64,000 nt of DNA from the NCBI RefSeq assembly GCF_018350175.1, contig NC_058368.1:16680001-16744000 (forward strand), in the 5' to 3' direction. This DNA is from Felis catus. Its lineage: Eukaryota. The notes below the pieces were generated by a model. It was given only the letters and a program-made list of their open reading frames with translations, searched no databases and was not told the DNA's origin. The number at the start of each line of letters is the position of its first letter. Position 1 is the stretch's first letter. A program made the translations under genes and the position numbers. This document shows positions 62,700 to 64,000 of this stretch, in pieces.

Positions 62700-63870
62700 A
62701 GAAATTAGAGAAGGCCTAGCATAGAATAGTTTCTAGAAGGTGGATATCCTATCAAAGATCACAGAAATAGTACCTAGGGGATAAAAGATGGCCTTGGTCC
62801 CAGCTACAATGGAAAGAATTTGATGAATACCCTGATCTTTAACTTGAGACCCAATAGGACCGTTTTATGAGAGTAAGAACCAGTTCCTTGGAATAAGGGC
62901 AAAACAGAGAGAGTGTCTCTCCCCCCGTCCCCTCCCCACTCCCAATAGAATGCCTTTCAAAAACCCAGAATGAAATCTTGAAAGAATCAGGAAAACATGC
63001 TTGGATTCAACTGTTTGCCAGTACAGAAAAAAAAATGGTCAAGAGAAGGAGACCCCAAAATGAGCCAGACGGTGGAATTAGGATAGAAAAGACTTCAAAA
63101 TAACTCTGATTAATATATTTTTAAAAATCTGAGGAAAACATAAACAATATAGAAGAAAATATGTGAAGTCATTCATTAACTGAATTGATCTGACAGCAGA
63201 TTGGATACAGCAGGTTAGTGAATTCAAAGACAGACTGATAAAAATTATACATACTAAAGCAGAGAGAGAAAAAATAATGAAATACAAGAGAAAGCACTAA
63301 ACATATGAAACATGATCAAATAGTTGAATTGTGATTGTTTCTCAAGAAGAAGAGGAGAGAAGACATGAAATAGAAGAAACATTTGGAAAAATGCTGGTCT
63401 AGAATTGTTTTGATTTTTTTTAATGTTTATTTTTAAGAGAGAGACAGAGCATGAGCAGGGGAGGGGCAGAGAGAGAGGCAGACACAGAATCCGATGCAGG
63501 CTCCAGGCTCTGAGCTGTCAGCACAGAGCCCCACGCAGGGCTCGGACTCACGAGCTGCCAGATCGTGACCTTAACATACTGAGCCACCCAGGTGCCCCTG
63601 GTCTAGAATTTTTTAAAATCAGATGAAAGCTATCAACTTACATGTTTATAAAGCTTAGTAAGACCCAACCCAGTAAAACTGGGATAAATGAAAAGATAAC
63701 TACATCTAGTCATATCATCGTCAAATCCTGAATATCAAAGACAAAGGAACATTTTTTAAGTGGTCACAGAAAAACATCATCTTAAAAGGAAAAATAAGAC
63801 GGTGGTTAAATTTTACCAATAACCACAGAAGCCAACACCTAATAAAAAAAAATCTTTAAAATACTAAGAA
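62700..63870 (+). mobile_element. Old L1 5'/ORF1 region
   Basis: agcagattggatacagcaggttagtgaattcaaagacag, tacatctagtcatatcatcgtcaaa, aaccacagaagcca. Confidence 0.75.
63408..63598 (-). mobile_element. Can-SINE
   Basis: TSD tggtctagaatt. Confidence 0.95.
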
Positions 63871-63873
63871 GTA

Positions 63874-64000
63874 GGGCACCCGGGTGGCTCAATTAAGCAT
63901 GGGACTCTTGATTTGGGCTTGGATTATGATCTCACATTTTGTGAGTTGGAGCTCCATATCCAGCCTCACACTGACAGTGCAGAGCCTGCTTGGGATTCTC
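63874..64000 (+). mobile_element. Can-SINE, cut by the window edge
   Basis: gggcacccgggtggctca...gagcctgcttgggattctc. Confidence 0.9.

Noticed and set aside
1..64000. CRISPR array, prokaryotic or viral gene system, intact retroelement ORF, rRNA or tRNA genes
   Set aside because: No regularly spaced repeats and no long ORFs. The tRNA-like A/B boxes are all Can-SINE heads.

Overview
AT-rich, CpG-poor mammalian genomic DNA, almost certainly from a cat or other felid: it carries about 36 feliform Can-SINEs (SINEC_Fc-type). It looks intergenic or deep-intronic. Roughly half is transposon-derived: old L1 fragments, L2, MIR, MaLR/MLT LTRs, two intact ERV1-type solo LTRs with 4-bp TSDs, a 2-kb Tigger1 fossil, a second Tigger-type element, MER20 and MER63A. 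I recognise no intact protein-coding gene, RNA gene or CRISPR array. The ORF track is explained by SINE, L1, Tigger or microsatellite sequence, or by chance. The best-supported unusual features are structural: a ~205-bp locally templated insertion that splits a SINE, a zero-spacer fold-back SINE, serial SINE insertion into one target site, and a SINE nested in a SINE. More speculative are a minus-strand TATA promoter and first exon near 25.0-25.3 kb, a few candidate spliced exons, and an IRF/STAT/NF-kB motif cluster at 60.7-61.5 kb. I see no evidence for a new biological system. Repeat family names come from recalled consensus sequences, not a database search, and boundaries of old repeats are approximate.
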